A stretch of DNA of 48,041 bases, taken from positions 1-48,041 of IMG/VR virus record IMGVR_UViG_3300045000_000008, one strand, 5' to 3'. The DNA comes from a virus. Lineage: Duplodnaviria > Caudoviricetes. Below, one piece after another: positions 1 through 9,831 of this stretch. A program made the position numbers and the translations under genes. Position 1 is the first letter of the stretch. Every line of letters begins with the position of its first letter. The notes under the pieces are model-generated. The model searched no databases. It was given only the letters and a program-made list of their open reading frames with translations, and was not told the DNA's origin.

Positions 1-141
1 ACGACCAGGAGGACGACAATGTTCTGGAGTGATCAGGCAATGAGCATCACAAGGTTTCAGAAGAAGGTAAAGGCGGTATGGATCAAGTTTTGGTATTACA
101 CGGGCGATCTCACAGGCTGTTGCGGGAAGGACAAGTAAGAA

Positions 142-1356
142 ATGGCATTCAGTAATTCTATGCCGGGTGCGCAGACAATTTTGATCGAAGTCAAAGACGT
201 CCATGGAACCTATCGACTGCTTCCATTGATTTCGCCTCCACAGTTCTCGATCGAGCACCATATGTCGTCAGATATACCGATCACTAAGGTTAGTAACGTA
301 GACTTTGAGATTCGTCGGTTGCTTGTCGTGGATGCGCAAGGCAACCCAGTCTCTGAATACATGGGGCCTTTCCCTTCCTCAAGCACGTTCCAGCATCAGG
401 CAGCGCCTAAGCCGGTAGCAAAGCCCGCAACTAAGGTACTCCTAGAGTTCGAGGGTGAACAGCACTGGCTCAGCGTGGGTGACGAGTTCAATCTCAAGTA
501 CAACCTTGAAGTTCCTCAGGAACTCTTGGTGACAGTCGACCCTAATACTCTATTAAATAACTTCATCACTCAGAAGAAGGTGACAATTAAGGATATCACA
601 GGAGATAGCACAAAGGTAAAGATAAATGGTGCTGGCATTAGTAGTACTTACACTGCCCAGATGGCGGCGACAACATCTAACACTATGTGGTATGCTATTA
701 ATCCTGACGCGGTTCAGGGGAACAAGAAGTGGAGTGAGCTTATTGAGACTACCATCAAGCAGGATTGGACAGGAATTGGTACGTGGGACGAGACTGTCTT
801 CAAAGAGGGATTATTTCCTCCTAAGAAGATGGTACCTCACTCCGAATTCAACCACGTTTGGATCGAGAAGAAGCAGTGCTACGTGATTTCGGGCTTCGAT
901 GGAAACAATCGGTATGAGATCATTCTCGGCACACCCGTGGATAGTGTGGTGGGTTTCTTCCATAATATTTTGAACGTGAACGTAAAGGACGCTCCTACAA
1001 ATCTTCACGAGCTAATTACTAACCTTAATAGATCGTTCAAGGCTAAGCTCGGTACTGGACAAGACGAATTCCTCAGGCATCCTGGGCTCAGGCAGAAAGT
1101 GTCTTGTCCAACCAAGGTAGAAGAAGATATCAATTGTCCGTACTACCATCCGTCGCAGCCTAGTACGGATGACCTACAGACTATGATCATTCACTTGAAT
1201 GACAACCATCGGTGGACGCGAGAAGCAATCGCAGAATGGATTGATACCCTTGAAGATCAGCCAGTCTTCTACCCAAAGCCCCAGCTTGAAAGGGTGGCTA
1301 ACTCTGCCAAGGTGGTTGCGCTCAAACCGCCTGTACCTAAAGCACCTAAGCACTGA
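142..1356 (+). CDS. Hypothetical protein with C-terminal CP...IIHLND-H-WTRE-IAEW motif
   Basis: 404-aa ORF, ATG start; C-terminal motif resembles a small uncharacterised phage domain (from memory). Confidence 0.75.
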   Translation: MAFSNSMPGAQTILIEVKDVHGTYRLLPLISPPQFSIEHHMSSDIPITKVSNVDFEIRRLLVVDAQGNPVSEYMGPFPSSSTFQHQAAPKPVAKPATKVLLEFEGEQHWLSVGDEFNLKYNLEVPQELLVTVDPNTLLNNFITQKKVTIKDITGDSTKVKINGAGISSTYTAQMAATTSNTMWYAINPDAVQGNKKWSELIETTIKQDWTGIGTWDETVFKEGLFPPKKMVPHSEFNHVWIEKKQCYVISGFDGNNRYEIILGTPVDSVVGFFHNILNVNVKDAPTNLHELITNLNRSFKAKLGTGQDEFLRHPGLRQKVSCPTKVEEDINCPYYHPSQPSTDDLQTMIIHLNDNHRWTREAIAEWIDTLEDQPVFYPKPQLERVANSAKVVALKPPVPKAPKH

Positions 1357-1756
1357 TAGCGAAGGCGCTACTACTAAGCAGGAGAATTGGACTTCACCCG
1401 TTGAGCAGGAATCGGCCTCTCCTGACAACGCGAACATCATCACATCTGTGGTGGCTGAGGTCGGCGACACTACGTACCACAATGTCCTTTTAGATTTGGA
1501 CGTCGAACATCACTACGTCAAGAGCAGCACTGACGGGCACGGACATCTGTATATCAACGTGGTACTAGAAACCCACGAATACAGAGAAGTTTTGCAGGTA
1601 CTAAAAAAGTATGGTATACTTGGAGAAGGGACAGCCGCACAGCTCGATCGTGACGGCATGACCTCTCTCCGGCTACCGGGCCTCACGAAGGGAATTAACG
1701 ATGGATCAGAAGACTGCAAGTACTGCAAACAAGGAACTGCTCACCCCAAGTTCTGA
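1199..1756 (+). CDS. Hypothetical protein with LLDLD and SSTDGHGHLYI motifs (possible AEP-like fold); true start probably downstream of 1199
   Basis: Motif-like C-terminal ~100 aa; the 5' part overlaps the upstream gene, so the start is uncertain. Confidence 0.6.
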   Translation: MTTIGGREKQSQNGLIPLKISQSSTQSPSLKGWLTLPRWLRSNRLYLKHLSTDSEGATTKQENWTSPVEQESASPDNANIITSVVAEVGDTTYHNVLLDLDVEHHYVKSSTDGHGHLYINVVLETHEYREVLQVLKKYGILGEGTAAQLDRDGMTSLRLPGLTKGINDGSEDCKYCKQGTAHPKF

Positions 1757-1949
1757 CACGATCGGCGACCCGCTTACCAAGCTTGAGTTCGATAACGTTG
1801 TCGGCTATAAGCTCTCGGATGCCATCCGGGACGGTGCTCAGGGTGTTCGTCAGGAGATCGGTGGGTGGGGTGATGGATCCGAGTCTTCCTGCGCTCTTAC
1901 CGCAGCACGAGTTGCTGTTGAGGGAAAGGGATACGGTCTCCCGGAGTAA
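1701..1949 (+). CDS. Hypothetical protein (LSDAIRDGA...SCALTAA motif)
   Basis: 82-aa ORF, AAGGGA upstream of ATG. Confidence 0.6.
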   Translation: MDQKTASTANKELLTPSSDTIGDPLTKLEFDNVVGYKLSDAIRDGAQGVRQEIGGWGDGSESSCALTAARVAVEGKGYGLPE

Positions 1950-2090
1950 GCCAAAGGTTCGTAAGCAAGGAACCTACTACGTAGTTCAGCAAGGTAATAA
2001 GACGTACGGCAATTTCCAGACAATGCGTGTCGCACAAATCTTCGCAAACCTTATAGCTCCCAAGTCTAAGACTCGAAAGGAATGTATCTA

Positions 2091-2381
2091 ATGGGTCTTA
2101 ACCCGTTTAAGAATTCGTCTGATAACAAGGGCAAGTGGACCAATGATAGTCTTGGCCTGATTGAGGTTGAGTCTGCTCTTAGGTCGGCTGTCAGTTTCAT
2201 GGAAATGCAAGAGGTCGATAATTTCAGGTCCTTCAGTGGCTCCGAGAAGCAGGCAATCAAGGACATTAAGGGTGGCAAGAAGGCTGTTAAGCTTTCTCGC
2301 AGTGAGCAGCGTGCGCTGATTCAGAAGGCGAAGAAGGAAGAGGCTCGCTTCAAGGCTCTCGCCAAGAACAAGAAGAAGTAA
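2091..2381 (+). CDS. Hypothetical basic protein
   Basis: ORF with AAAGGA RBS; codon style like neighbouring genes. Confidence 0.65.
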   Translation: MGLNPFKNSSDNKGKWTNDSLGLIEVESALRSAVSFMEMQEVDNFRSFSGSEKQAIKDIKGGKKAVKLSRSEQRALIQKAKKEEARFKALAKNKKK

Positions 2382-2390
2382 GGAATAGAG

Positions 2391-2594
2391 ATGGATATCC
2401 TAGGAATTCTTCTGATCATAGGTCTTGCGGGGTTCCTAGGGTATCATCTCATCTTATCTACCCAGAGCATTGATCCCCAGCGAATGTATGACGACATGAT
2501 TATTGAGGAATATGAACAAGGAGAGCTTGAGGGCGAAGTTCGCTCAGTTGAAGATCCAGAAGAGGAGCCTGGACCAAAAGATAAAGACGTATGA
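2391..2594 (+). CDS. Small membrane protein (N-terminal TM, acidic tail)
   Basis: Hydrophobic ILGILLIIGLAGFLGYHLIL; AAGGA RBS. Confidence 0.55.
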   Translation: MDILGILLIIGLAGFLGYHLILSTQSIDPQRMYDDMIIEEYEQGELEGEVRSVEDPEEEPGPKDKDV

Positions 2595-2700
2595 GAATAC
2601 GAAGAACAATCCAGTGCTTGTGAAGAATGAACTCGCTAAGCTCTATCGAGAGCGAGCGAAGCTGATGAAGGAAATCAGCGAGGTATCGTCTCAGCTCTAG
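2512..2700 (+). CDS. Small coiled-coil protein
   Basis: GAGGA RBS before ATG 2512; heptad-like basic sequence; ends just before terminator. Confidence 0.5.
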   Translation: MNKESLRAKFAQLKIQKRSLDQKIKTYENTKNNPVLVKNELAKLYRERAKLMKEISEVSSQL

Positions 2701-2713
2701 CTGCGATACCCTC

Positions 2714-2754
2714 AGGGGAGCAGATGGCCTAACGGCTGTCTGCTCCCCTTTTTT
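2714..2754 (+). terminator. Intrinsic terminator
   Basis: AGGGGAGCAGATGGCC-TAAC-GGCTGTCTGCTCCCCT stem followed by a T run. Confidence 0.85.
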
Positions 2755-2758
2755 GTTG

Positions 2759-2769
2759 TGTGCTACGAT
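2759..2769 (+). promoter_or_regulatory. Possible extended -10 promoter for packaging/structural operon
   Basis: TGTGC-TACGAT right after terminator and before terminase small subunit; no clear -35. Confidence 0.4.
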
Positions 2770-2791
2770 GTTGAAATAGGGAGGAATAACG

Positions 2792-3427
2792 ATGGACTGC
2801 TCTTTTGAGCCACGAAATGGGTGCAAGAACGAAGCGGCAGTCAACTTCCGGTATTGTGTTCCGCATCTCAATACTCCGCGTGGAATGCAGCATATGATTG
2901 ACACCGCTCGAACGGGTGCGATGCTTGTGCAGTCGGATATTGACAACGCTATTGCAGAACGTACTCGCATCCCGGATAAGGACGCGCAGACTACAGCGCT
3001 TGAGAAGATGCTTGAAGCACTAGATCGTGTCTTGGCATTCGAAGAGTTTTCTGGTAAGCAGATGTCTAAGATTGATCCTTCGGATTGGCGATTCCTGGAT
3101 CGAACAGGTAGTGAGCAGCTCCGAAGTGAAGTGCAAATTTATGAACGCGCAATGGAGCGCACGGCTCGTGTCTTGAAGGACATCTCTAAGATGGCTCTCC
3201 AAGAGAAGATTATTGGACTCGGCAAGGCCCAGACGGAACTCATGGTTCGTATTCTTATGTCCACTGTGACTGAGATTGGCCTAGACGTGCACCAGATTGA
3301 CCATGCTAAGGCCGTCCTCTTGAAGAAGCTAATGGAGGAAGCACACATGGGTTACCGAACACGTGAGCACGTGACGGCACAACTCACTGCTCCGACACCT
3401 ATCGATGTGGAGATCGTGGAGGACTAG
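2792..3427 (+). CDS. Probable terminase small subunit
   Basis: Directly upstream of and abutting TerL; N-terminal C-x7-C-x10-C-x2-H; helical; GGGAGG RBS. Confidence 0.6.
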   Translation: MDCSFEPRNGCKNEAAVNFRYCVPHLNTPRGMQHMIDTARTGAMLVQSDIDNAIAERTRIPDKDAQTTALEKMLEALDRVLAFEEFSGKQMSKIDPSDWRFLDRTGSEQLRSEVQIYERAMERTARVLKDISKMALQEKIIGLGKAQTELMVRILMSTVTEIGLDVHQIDHAKAVLLKKLMEEAHMGYRTREHVTAQLTAPTPIDVEIVED

Positions 3428-4974
3428 TGGCTGATTTCCCGCTATTCGATCCTGAGTATGCCGCCAGGCTTATTGAGGATCAAGTCAACCCCCTTGACCC
3501 TGTAGATTGGATCAAGAAGACATTCGGGGTTGAGTTGTGGAGTAAGCAACGTGATATCATTCACGCCCTGCAAAATCACAAGAACGTAGCCGTAAAGTCT
3601 GGTCACGGTGTCGGCAAGTCTTTCACCGCTGCTGTGATCTCGGCTTGGTGGGTGGCTACGCATCCGCCTGACGAAACCATGGTAGTTACTACAGCTCCGA
3701 GTACCCACCAGGTTCATGCTATTCTCTGGGAGGATATTCGTAAGCTTCACAAGAAGGGAAACCTGGCCGGTGAAGTTCAACGTAGAGACCACTGGCTCAT
3801 CGGTAATACCATTGTCGGGTACGGGCGAAAGCCTCAAGATTACGATAGGCACGCTTTCCAAGGTCTTCACCGTAAGTACGTCTTGGTCGTTATTGACGAA
3901 GCGTGTGGTATCGATGAGTGGATGTGGATTGCGGCACTGGCGATTACTACCGGTGCACATTGTCGCATTCTCGCTATCGGTAACCCTGATGATCCCACTT
4001 CGTACTTCGCTAAGGTCTGTAAGCCTGGTAGCGGTTGGGATACCATCAAGATTTCGGTGCTCGACTCCCCAAACTTCACGGACGAACCCGTAAGCCAGCA
4101 CCTTAGAGACCAAATTACTGACCAGACTTATCTTGATGCGATGGAGCGAGAAGTTGGTAAGGACTCTCCTCTCTGGACTTCGAAGGTTCTTGGGGAATTC
4201 CCTGAGATTGATGAGTTCTCCGTTATCCCACTGGGTTGGGTCTATGATGCCCAAAGACGATGGGAAGAATGGAAAACACAAGGGAGTCCAATCGAAGGAG
4301 CAAAGGTAGTCGGCGCGGACATTGCGCGCTTCGGTCTTGACAAGACTGCCTTTGCTACACGTTATGGCGACGTCATTACAGAAGTAAAGACCATGCCTAA
4401 GAGGGATACTCAAGGTACTGCGGAACTCCTTAAGAAAGAAATTGCAGGTAATCCTCCCGGTCTAGCCATTATTGACACTAACGGTGTTGGTGCAGGTGTC
4501 TTTGACGAGATGAGGAAGAGTGGGTACTACTCCCTGCCCTTCAACCCCGGAACAAGAACCAGCCTTAAAGATTCTTCGGGTCAAATCGAGTTCTACAATC
4601 TCCGTGCAGCGGCTACCTGGCACCTTCGTGAGCTGCTTGACCCTGCACGCAACTCCACAATCTGTCTTCCACCTGACGATAAGCTTGCAGCCGACCTTGC
4701 CACTCCACGATGGAAGAACATAGCTGGCGGAAAGATTGTCATTGAAGGAAAGGAAGAGGTTAAGAAGCGTATTGGCCGCTCTCCTGACCGTGGTGACGCT
4801 GTCACTCTTGCTTTCTGGCGTCAGAATGCATCAATGGAGAGTGGAATTGAAGACTCTGCTATTGACTGGCGCGACCCAGAAGACAACGAGGACGATTGTG
4901 CAGTAGCATGGGTGGAAGGCGACGGTCCATGGTCTGTTGATACGGACAAGCCATTTAGTTGGGAGTTGGTGTAA
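3427..4974 (+). CDS. terL: Terminase large subunit
   Basis: Walker A SGHGVGKS, Walker B VVIDEA, IGNP motif, nuclease motifs GADIARFGLDKT and SPDRGDA. Confidence 0.95.
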   Translation: MADFPLFDPEYAARLIEDQVNPLDPVDWIKKTFGVELWSKQRDIIHALQNHKNVAVKSGHGVGKSFTAAVISAWWVATHPPDETMVVTTAPSTHQVHAILWEDIRKLHKKGNLAGEVQRRDHWLIGNTIVGYGRKPQDYDRHAFQGLHRKYVLVVIDEACGIDEWMWIAALAITTGAHCRILAIGNPDDPTSYFAKVCKPGSGWDTIKISVLDSPNFTDEPVSQHLRDQITDQTYLDAMEREVGKDSPLWTSKVLGEFPEIDEFSVIPLGWVYDAQRRWEEWKTQGSPIEGAKVVGADIARFGLDKTAFATRYGDVITEVKTMPKRDTQGTAELLKKEIAGNPPGLAIIDTNGVGAGVFDEMRKSGYYSLPFNPGTRTSLKDSSGQIEFYNLRAAATWHLRELLDPARNSTICLPPDDKLAADLATPRWKNIAGGKIVIEGKEEVKKRIGRSPDRGDAVTLAFWRQNASMESGIEDSAIDWRDPEDNEDDCAVAWVEGDGPWSVDTDKPFSWELV

Positions 4975-6410
4975 TGACAGCGGTTGACGAGCAGCCACCT
5001 CCCACAACCGAATTGGGTAGTGCTTTTCCATGGGATAATCCCTTCGGTGGGTGGGAAAACGGCAAGGTTTTTGCGTACGAAGAACTGGCAGTCCCTAAGT
5101 ATGACGAAATGCTTAGGACTGACGGCAAGGCTGCTTCAATTGAGAAGATTCTTACGTATCCGATCATCGCTGCGGGTTGGGAAATCGACCCAGCAAAGGG
5201 TGATGACGGGCAAGCGGAGTTTATTTACGACGCGCTTACGGCACTCCCTCATCAGGGAGGTCCAAAGACTACCATTGAGCAATTCATTTCGCAGATGACG
5301 GTCGCTATTACACACAAGCGAGCCTATTTCGAAAAGGTTTACAAGATCAACGAGGATCAAAAAGTCGTTTATGACAAGTTGGCATGGCGCCCGCCTGAGA
5401 CCTGTGAGCTTGCACTCGATGCCAGGACGGGAGAACCGAGAGGTTTTCGACAGATCCCTGTAACTTGGCATCCGAATCCGCGACTGCTGAACGGTGAATC
5501 CAGAGACAATTGGGTACACATTCCAGAAAGTCGTGCATTCGTGTACGTGCATGGCACGTGGCGTGATCCTCTACTCGGTATGTCCCAGATGGAAATCCCT
5601 TATTGGTGCTACATCACTAAGCGGAAGATTCGTTGGCTCTGGTATCAGTTCCTTGAGACTGCTTCTCTCCCCAAGGTAGTCGTTTCTAATCAAGATCCCA
5701 AGGCAGCTATGGCTGAAGCCAAGCGCTTTGCAACTCTTAAGTCTCGTGGCGTGCTCGGTAAGGGCGACGATACCACCTTTGAGACTCTTGAAGCCTCCGG
5801 ACGTGGCGCAGACCAGTTCGTGCAGGCAATCCAATTCCTAGATTCTGAAATGTCGAACTCCGTACTTGCTGGATTCATGGACCTGACGTCCCAAGCTGCT
5901 GAGGGCAAGGGCTCTTATGCGCTTGCTGAATCCCAAGGCAAGTTGTTCCTACGTACTCGTCGTATGGTGGCTCGTGATATGGCGAGGCAGATTACCAATG
6001 AGATCATCGGTCCACTCATTCGTTACAACTTTGGTAAGGATGCTCCCGTCCCACGTTTCGCGTTCGGTGCGCTTTCAGAGCAAAACGAGCAAGCTGTTCT
6101 TGATATGTTCGCTAAGGTTGCGACCACTGGGGCTAAGGTTCCTGTTGAATTTTACGATGAACTCACCATTCGTACTGCTAATCTCCTTGAACTTGACCCT
6201 GGGAAGGTAGCTAAGGACATCAAGACCAATGGCTCACCCATTACCCAGATGGTTGGGATGGTGGATAAGGCTACTGGGATGATCCAAGAGTCTAACAACC
6301 AACAGTTCGCAGGCGATTCTCAGGCTCTCAGCGGTAATTCACAAACCCGTACCATTGGTACTAAGCCATTCGGTGCGGAGTCTGTAGTTAACAAGCAAGT
6401 GGGTGGATGA
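4974..6410 (+). CDS. Portal protein (DUF935 / Mu gp29-like)
   Basis: Follows TerL (TAATG coupling); DSEMSNSVLAGF, GSYALAE, LIRYNFG motifs. Confidence 0.85.
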   Translation: MTAVDEQPPPTTELGSAFPWDNPFGGWENGKVFAYEELAVPKYDEMLRTDGKAASIEKILTYPIIAAGWEIDPAKGDDGQAEFIYDALTALPHQGGPKTTIEQFISQMTVAITHKRAYFEKVYKINEDQKVVYDKLAWRPPETCELALDARTGEPRGFRQIPVTWHPNPRLLNGESRDNWVHIPESRAFVYVHGTWRDPLLGMSQMEIPYWCYITKRKIRWLWYQFLETASLPKVVVSNQDPKAAMAEAKRFATLKSRGVLGKGDDTTFETLEASGRGADQFVQAIQFLDSEMSNSVLAGFMDLTSQAAEGKGSYALAESQGKLFLRTRRMVARDMARQITNEIIGPLIRYNFGKDAPVPRFAFGALSEQNEQAVLDMFAKVATTGAKVPVEFYDELTIRTANLLELDPGKVAKDIKTNGSPITQMVGMVDKATGMIQESNNQQFAGDSQALSGNSQTRTIGTKPFGAESVVNKQVGG

Positions 6411-7126
6411 TGAAAGCTAATCATAGCTCCCGAATCCATCCCGGACTTGATCGTAAGCCTGGGGTCAGCAATTGGGTAGATGCTGCTGGCGGTCTGCCTA
6501 GCTACATCGAGCGTATTGCTAAGCACATTCATTCTGACAGTGGCCTTTCGATTTCGCACTCCATTGCTGCTGCTGTGAACCGAGTCAAGAAACTTGCTGC
6601 TGCTGGTAATGCTCAGGCTATTAAGGCTGTAGCTGAGTGGAATGCCAAGAAGGCTAAGAGTAGCGTTAAGCTTGCCAAGGCTGTCAAGTCTTATACCACC
6701 AAGCAAGAGTCTGCAAGTGACCGCGCGAATACTAATGCTCGAAAGGCTGTCAGTATTCGCTCTGGTGCTGCTGGAGTTCGTTCCTCTGTTGCTGGTCAGC
6801 ATGTGCGTACTCGGACTCGCGGCGCTAGTTCGGTGGGTAGTGCTCGTCAATTCGATGAGAATAAGATTGTTCGTGCTCAGGGTGGTCGATTCGGAAACAA
6901 GATTAGCACTGCCCAATACCAAACTGCTAGGCGGATTGTTGAGGCAGCTATTCTCAAGCTCCAAGTCGGCGCGTCTGTGAAATTCCCTGGTGGAATTGGT
7001 TGGGTGCAGCGAACCGCGGGAGGCTATATGGTTCAGGGTGACGCCGGACAACGTGTGTCCGTTCGTACCGCTAGCGAGGCAATCGAAGCGGCTGCTGGTA
7101 TTCTGGCGCCTAGAGTGCAAGGGTGA
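6407..7126 (+). CDS. Head-region hypothetical protein (possible minor/internal head protein)
   Basis: Between portal and protease; basic; NWVDAAGGLPSYI and FDENKIVRAQGGRF motifs. Confidence 0.7.
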   Translation: MMKANHSSRIHPGLDRKPGVSNWVDAAGGLPSYIERIAKHIHSDSGLSISHSIAAAVNRVKKLAAAGNAQAIKAVAEWNAKKAKSSVKLAKAVKSYTTKQESASDRANTNARKAVSIRSGAAGVRSSVAGQHVRTRTRGASSVGSARQFDENKIVRAQGGRFGNKISTAQYQTARRIVEAAILKLQVGASVKFPGGIGWVQRTAGGYMVQGDAGQRVSVRTASEAIEAAAGILAPRVQG

Positions 7127-7133
7127 GGTGAAT

Positions 7134-8174
7134 ATGACCACGATTATTTCTCCGCTTGTCGAGCGGGATACCATCAAGCTTTCGCAAGGCGAGGGCCTGT
7201 ATCGCAAGCAAATTCTCCCCCGTGGAACGTTCAATTACGAGGGTGAAGTCATCGATTTTGACACTATCGCTAAGGATGCCAAGGAAGCATTCGAAGCTGG
7301 CGCTCTGGATCAGGTGGCCTTCCAGCTTGCTGATGACAAGAATCGGCACAACTGGGACCCCAAGAATTACCGGGGCGATGTCAAGGCGATTGAGCTGACT
7401 GATGATGGCGTTTATGCCACCATCGATTTCAGCCACTACCCAGACATGAAGGACTTGGTGACTAAGAACCCCAAGTTTGGCGTGTCGGCAACCATTGAGC
7501 GCAACGTCAAGAGGGGTGACGGCAAGGAATTCCGTCACGCTTTCTCTCAGGTTCTGGGTACTCTCAATCCCAAGGTGGCTGGGATGAAGCCTTGGGAAGC
7601 TGTTGCCCTTTCCAAGACGGAAGATGAGGTTGTTATTGACCTCACTGATATGGAGGTTACTAGTGCTGTGACGAATCCAAAGGAAACTGAGGGCATTACG
7701 CTCTCCAAGGAAGAGTACGACAAGTTCACCGCGTTCCTTACCTCTCTGGATGAGGCTGACGAGATCACCCTCAGCAAGCCTGAGGATAAGGAAGAAGAGA
7801 ATCCCGCTATCAAGCTCGCGAATGAGCGTGCGGATAACGCTCTTAAGCTGGCTCGCGGTAACGAGATCAAGCTTGCCAAGTCGGAGTGGAAGGGTGCGCG
7901 GGCTGAACTGATTTCGGCTGGTGTTCCTCCGGTGATGCTCTCCAAGGCTGATGCTCTGATGGAGCGTCCAGACTCGGACATCAAGCCAATCCAGCTCTCG
8001 AACACTGAGTCTCTTGACCCCAAGGCCATTGTCCTTGCGGTTCTTGAGGAGGCCAAGGGGATCGTGGATCTCTCTAAGCCAGAGGGTCACGGTTTCAGCG
8101 GTTCCGAAGTCAGCGACGATGACGACCCGGCCTTTAAGGCATTCCGGGACGAATTCTTCGCGGACCAGTTCTAA
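7134..8174 (+). CDS. Capsid maturation protease/scaffold (Mu gpI-like)
   Basis: GAGGTG RBS; position before capsid genes; FGVSATI and LGTLNP motifs; acidic coiled C-terminus. Confidence 0.75.
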   Translation: MTTIISPLVERDTIKLSQGEGLYRKQILPRGTFNYEGEVIDFDTIAKDAKEAFEAGALDQVAFQLADDKNRHNWDPKNYRGDVKAIELTDDGVYATIDFSHYPDMKDLVTKNPKFGVSATIERNVKRGDGKEFRHAFSQVLGTLNPKVAGMKPWEAVALSKTEDEVVIDLTDMEVTSAVTNPKETEGITLSKEEYDKFTAFLTSLDEADEITLSKPEDKEEENPAIKLANERADNALKLARGNEIKLAKSEWKGARAELISAGVPPVMLSKADALMERPDSDIKPIQLSNTESLDPKAIVLAVLEEAKGIVDLSKPEGHGFSGSEVSDDDDPAFKAFRDEFFADQF

Positions 8175-8191
8175 TAAAGGGAGGGTAGATA

Positions 8192-8653
8192 ATGGCTGGT
8201 ATTCGTCCACGCTTTGAAAAGGGCTCGCCGCTCTCTTTCAACGCTAACGTTCTTATCAAGGGCGGCCAACTCGTAGAGCCTGATGCTGCTACGGGTCGTA
8301 TTAAGCCTTCGACTGCTAACTCGGTCAAGGTGCTTGGTGTTGCGCTTGGTGATGCTTCTGCATTCGGCTACACCAACGCGAACACCGCTGATGCCTGGGG
8401 CAATCCCGTTGTGAACGCGCAGTACCCTCCGAACGAGGTTGCTGTTGCTAAGCACGGTGTCTTTGACCTCAAGGTGGCTGCGGCTACCACTGCACTTGCC
8501 TTTGGCGATCTGGTGAAGGCGGCTGCGAATGGTGAAGTTCAACTTCACTCGCAAGGTGCGGCTGCCACTTACGACATGATCGTTGGTCGGTGTGTTGAGA
8601 CGGCCGGTATTCCGGTCGGCGAAACCGGTAAGATTCGTCTGGGTGGTGTCTGA
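8192..8653 (+). CDS. Capsid decoration/cement protein
   Basis: Small Ala/Gly/Val-rich protein immediately upstream of MCP; GGGAGG RBS. Confidence 0.7.
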   Translation: MAGIRPRFEKGSPLSFNANVLIKGGQLVEPDAATGRIKPSTANSVKVLGVALGDASAFGYTNANTADAWGNPVVNAQYPPNEVAVAKHGVFDLKVAAATTALAFGDLVKAAANGEVQLHSQGAAATYDMIVGRCVETAGIPVGETGKIRLGGV

Positions 8654-8656
8654 TAA

Positions 8657-9589
8657 ATGGTTGACACGATTGCGGTTGGCCATTCCTATGATGGCAGTAA
8701 GTACACCGTCAATGATCTGATCAAGGCTCCTAAGCGAGTTCCTAACCTTGTTAGGTCGCTCGTTCAGGACAATGACATCTCGCCATGGATGCTCCGTACG
8801 GGTCCAACGGCAGATGGTGGCGCGGTCGTTTTCGAGGAAAACGTTGCGCTCTACGCTCGCGATGACGCTGAGGTTGTGGCGGAATTCGGCGAGATCCCGA
8901 TGACCAGTTCCGACATGACTGTTCCGACTTCGCGGGCAACCACGAAGAGGGGTCTTGGTCTCAAGATCTCCAAGGAAATGGTCACCCGGAACGACACTGG
9001 TCGGGTGCAAGAGGAAATCCGTAAGGTCCGTGACAAGATTGTTCGCGGTCGTGAACGGCGTTTCTTCCAGACCATCATGGCTGCGGATGCGAACCTTGTC
9101 CCAGCGAGCAACGTCACTGGTGGTTGGCTCTCGGGTGCGAACACGGGCATCATCAAGGACCTGACGACGGCGATGTACGCCATCACCAATCAGGCTCCTC
9201 AAGGTGCTCTGGAGAACGAGAAGCTGGGTTACACTCCAGACACTCTTGTTATCCACCCTTCGTACCAGTACTCGCTTATCGACAATGCGGAACTCAACAA
9301 CATCTTTGCTGGGTCTCCGCTTGCGTCGCAGCAACTCCGTTACACGGGCAAGCTTCCTAAGAAGTTCCTGAACCTTGACGTTCTGATGTCTTGGTCGGTG
9401 CCTGTGACTACGGCGATTGTGGCACAGCGTAAGGCTCTTGGTTTCATCTCGACGGAGTGGCCACTCAATGGTTCTCCGCTTGAGTACGAGCGTTCCACTG
9501 AGTCGTACACCACGTACTTCTCTTACCGGGACGTTGTAGTTATCGACAACCCCAAGGCTGTTGCCTTCATCCAAGGGATTGATTCGTGA
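8657..9589 (+). CDS. Major capsid protein
   Basis: 310 aa; VAEFGEIP, KRGLGLKISKEM, YTPDTLVIHP, DNPKA motifs; synteny. Confidence 0.9.
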   Translation: MVDTIAVGHSYDGSKYTVNDLIKAPKRVPNLVRSLVQDNDISPWMLRTGPTADGGAVVFEENVALYARDDAEVVAEFGEIPMTSSDMTVPTSRATTKRGLGLKISKEMVTRNDTGRVQEEIRKVRDKIVRGRERRFFQTIMAADANLVPASNVTGGWLSGANTGIIKDLTTAMYAITNQAPQGALENEKLGYTPDTLVIHPSYQYSLIDNAELNNIFAGSPLASQQLRYTGKLPKKFLNLDVLMSWSVPVTTAIVAQRKALGFISTEWPLNGSPLEYERSTESYTTYFSYRDVVVIDNPKAVAFIQGIDS

Positions 9590-9819
9590 TGAAGATTAGG
9601 CTCCTGGCTGACTACTTTCAGCAACGTAAGAAGGACGCTGACGGCGTGATGTTCTACGTCCAACGTAGTAAGGGCGATGAGTTCGAGGTGAGTGACGGCG
9701 AGGCTCGCGCGCTTCTGCGTGAGGGCGATTTCCTTCACCCAATGGCTGAGAAGGTTACTGAGGAGAAGACCTCTTCGACTCCTGCTAAGCCTACGTCGGC
9801 TCCTTCCAGTAACAAGTAA
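9586..9819 (+). CDS. Small virion/head-associated protein
   Basis: KGDEFEVSDGEARALL motif typical of the small gene after MCP. Confidence 0.7.
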   Translation: MMKIRLLADYFQQRKKDADGVMFYVQRSKGDEFEVSDGEARALLREGDFLHPMAEKVTEEKTSSTPAKPTSAPSSNK

Positions 9820-9831
9820 GGGCTGACAGCA

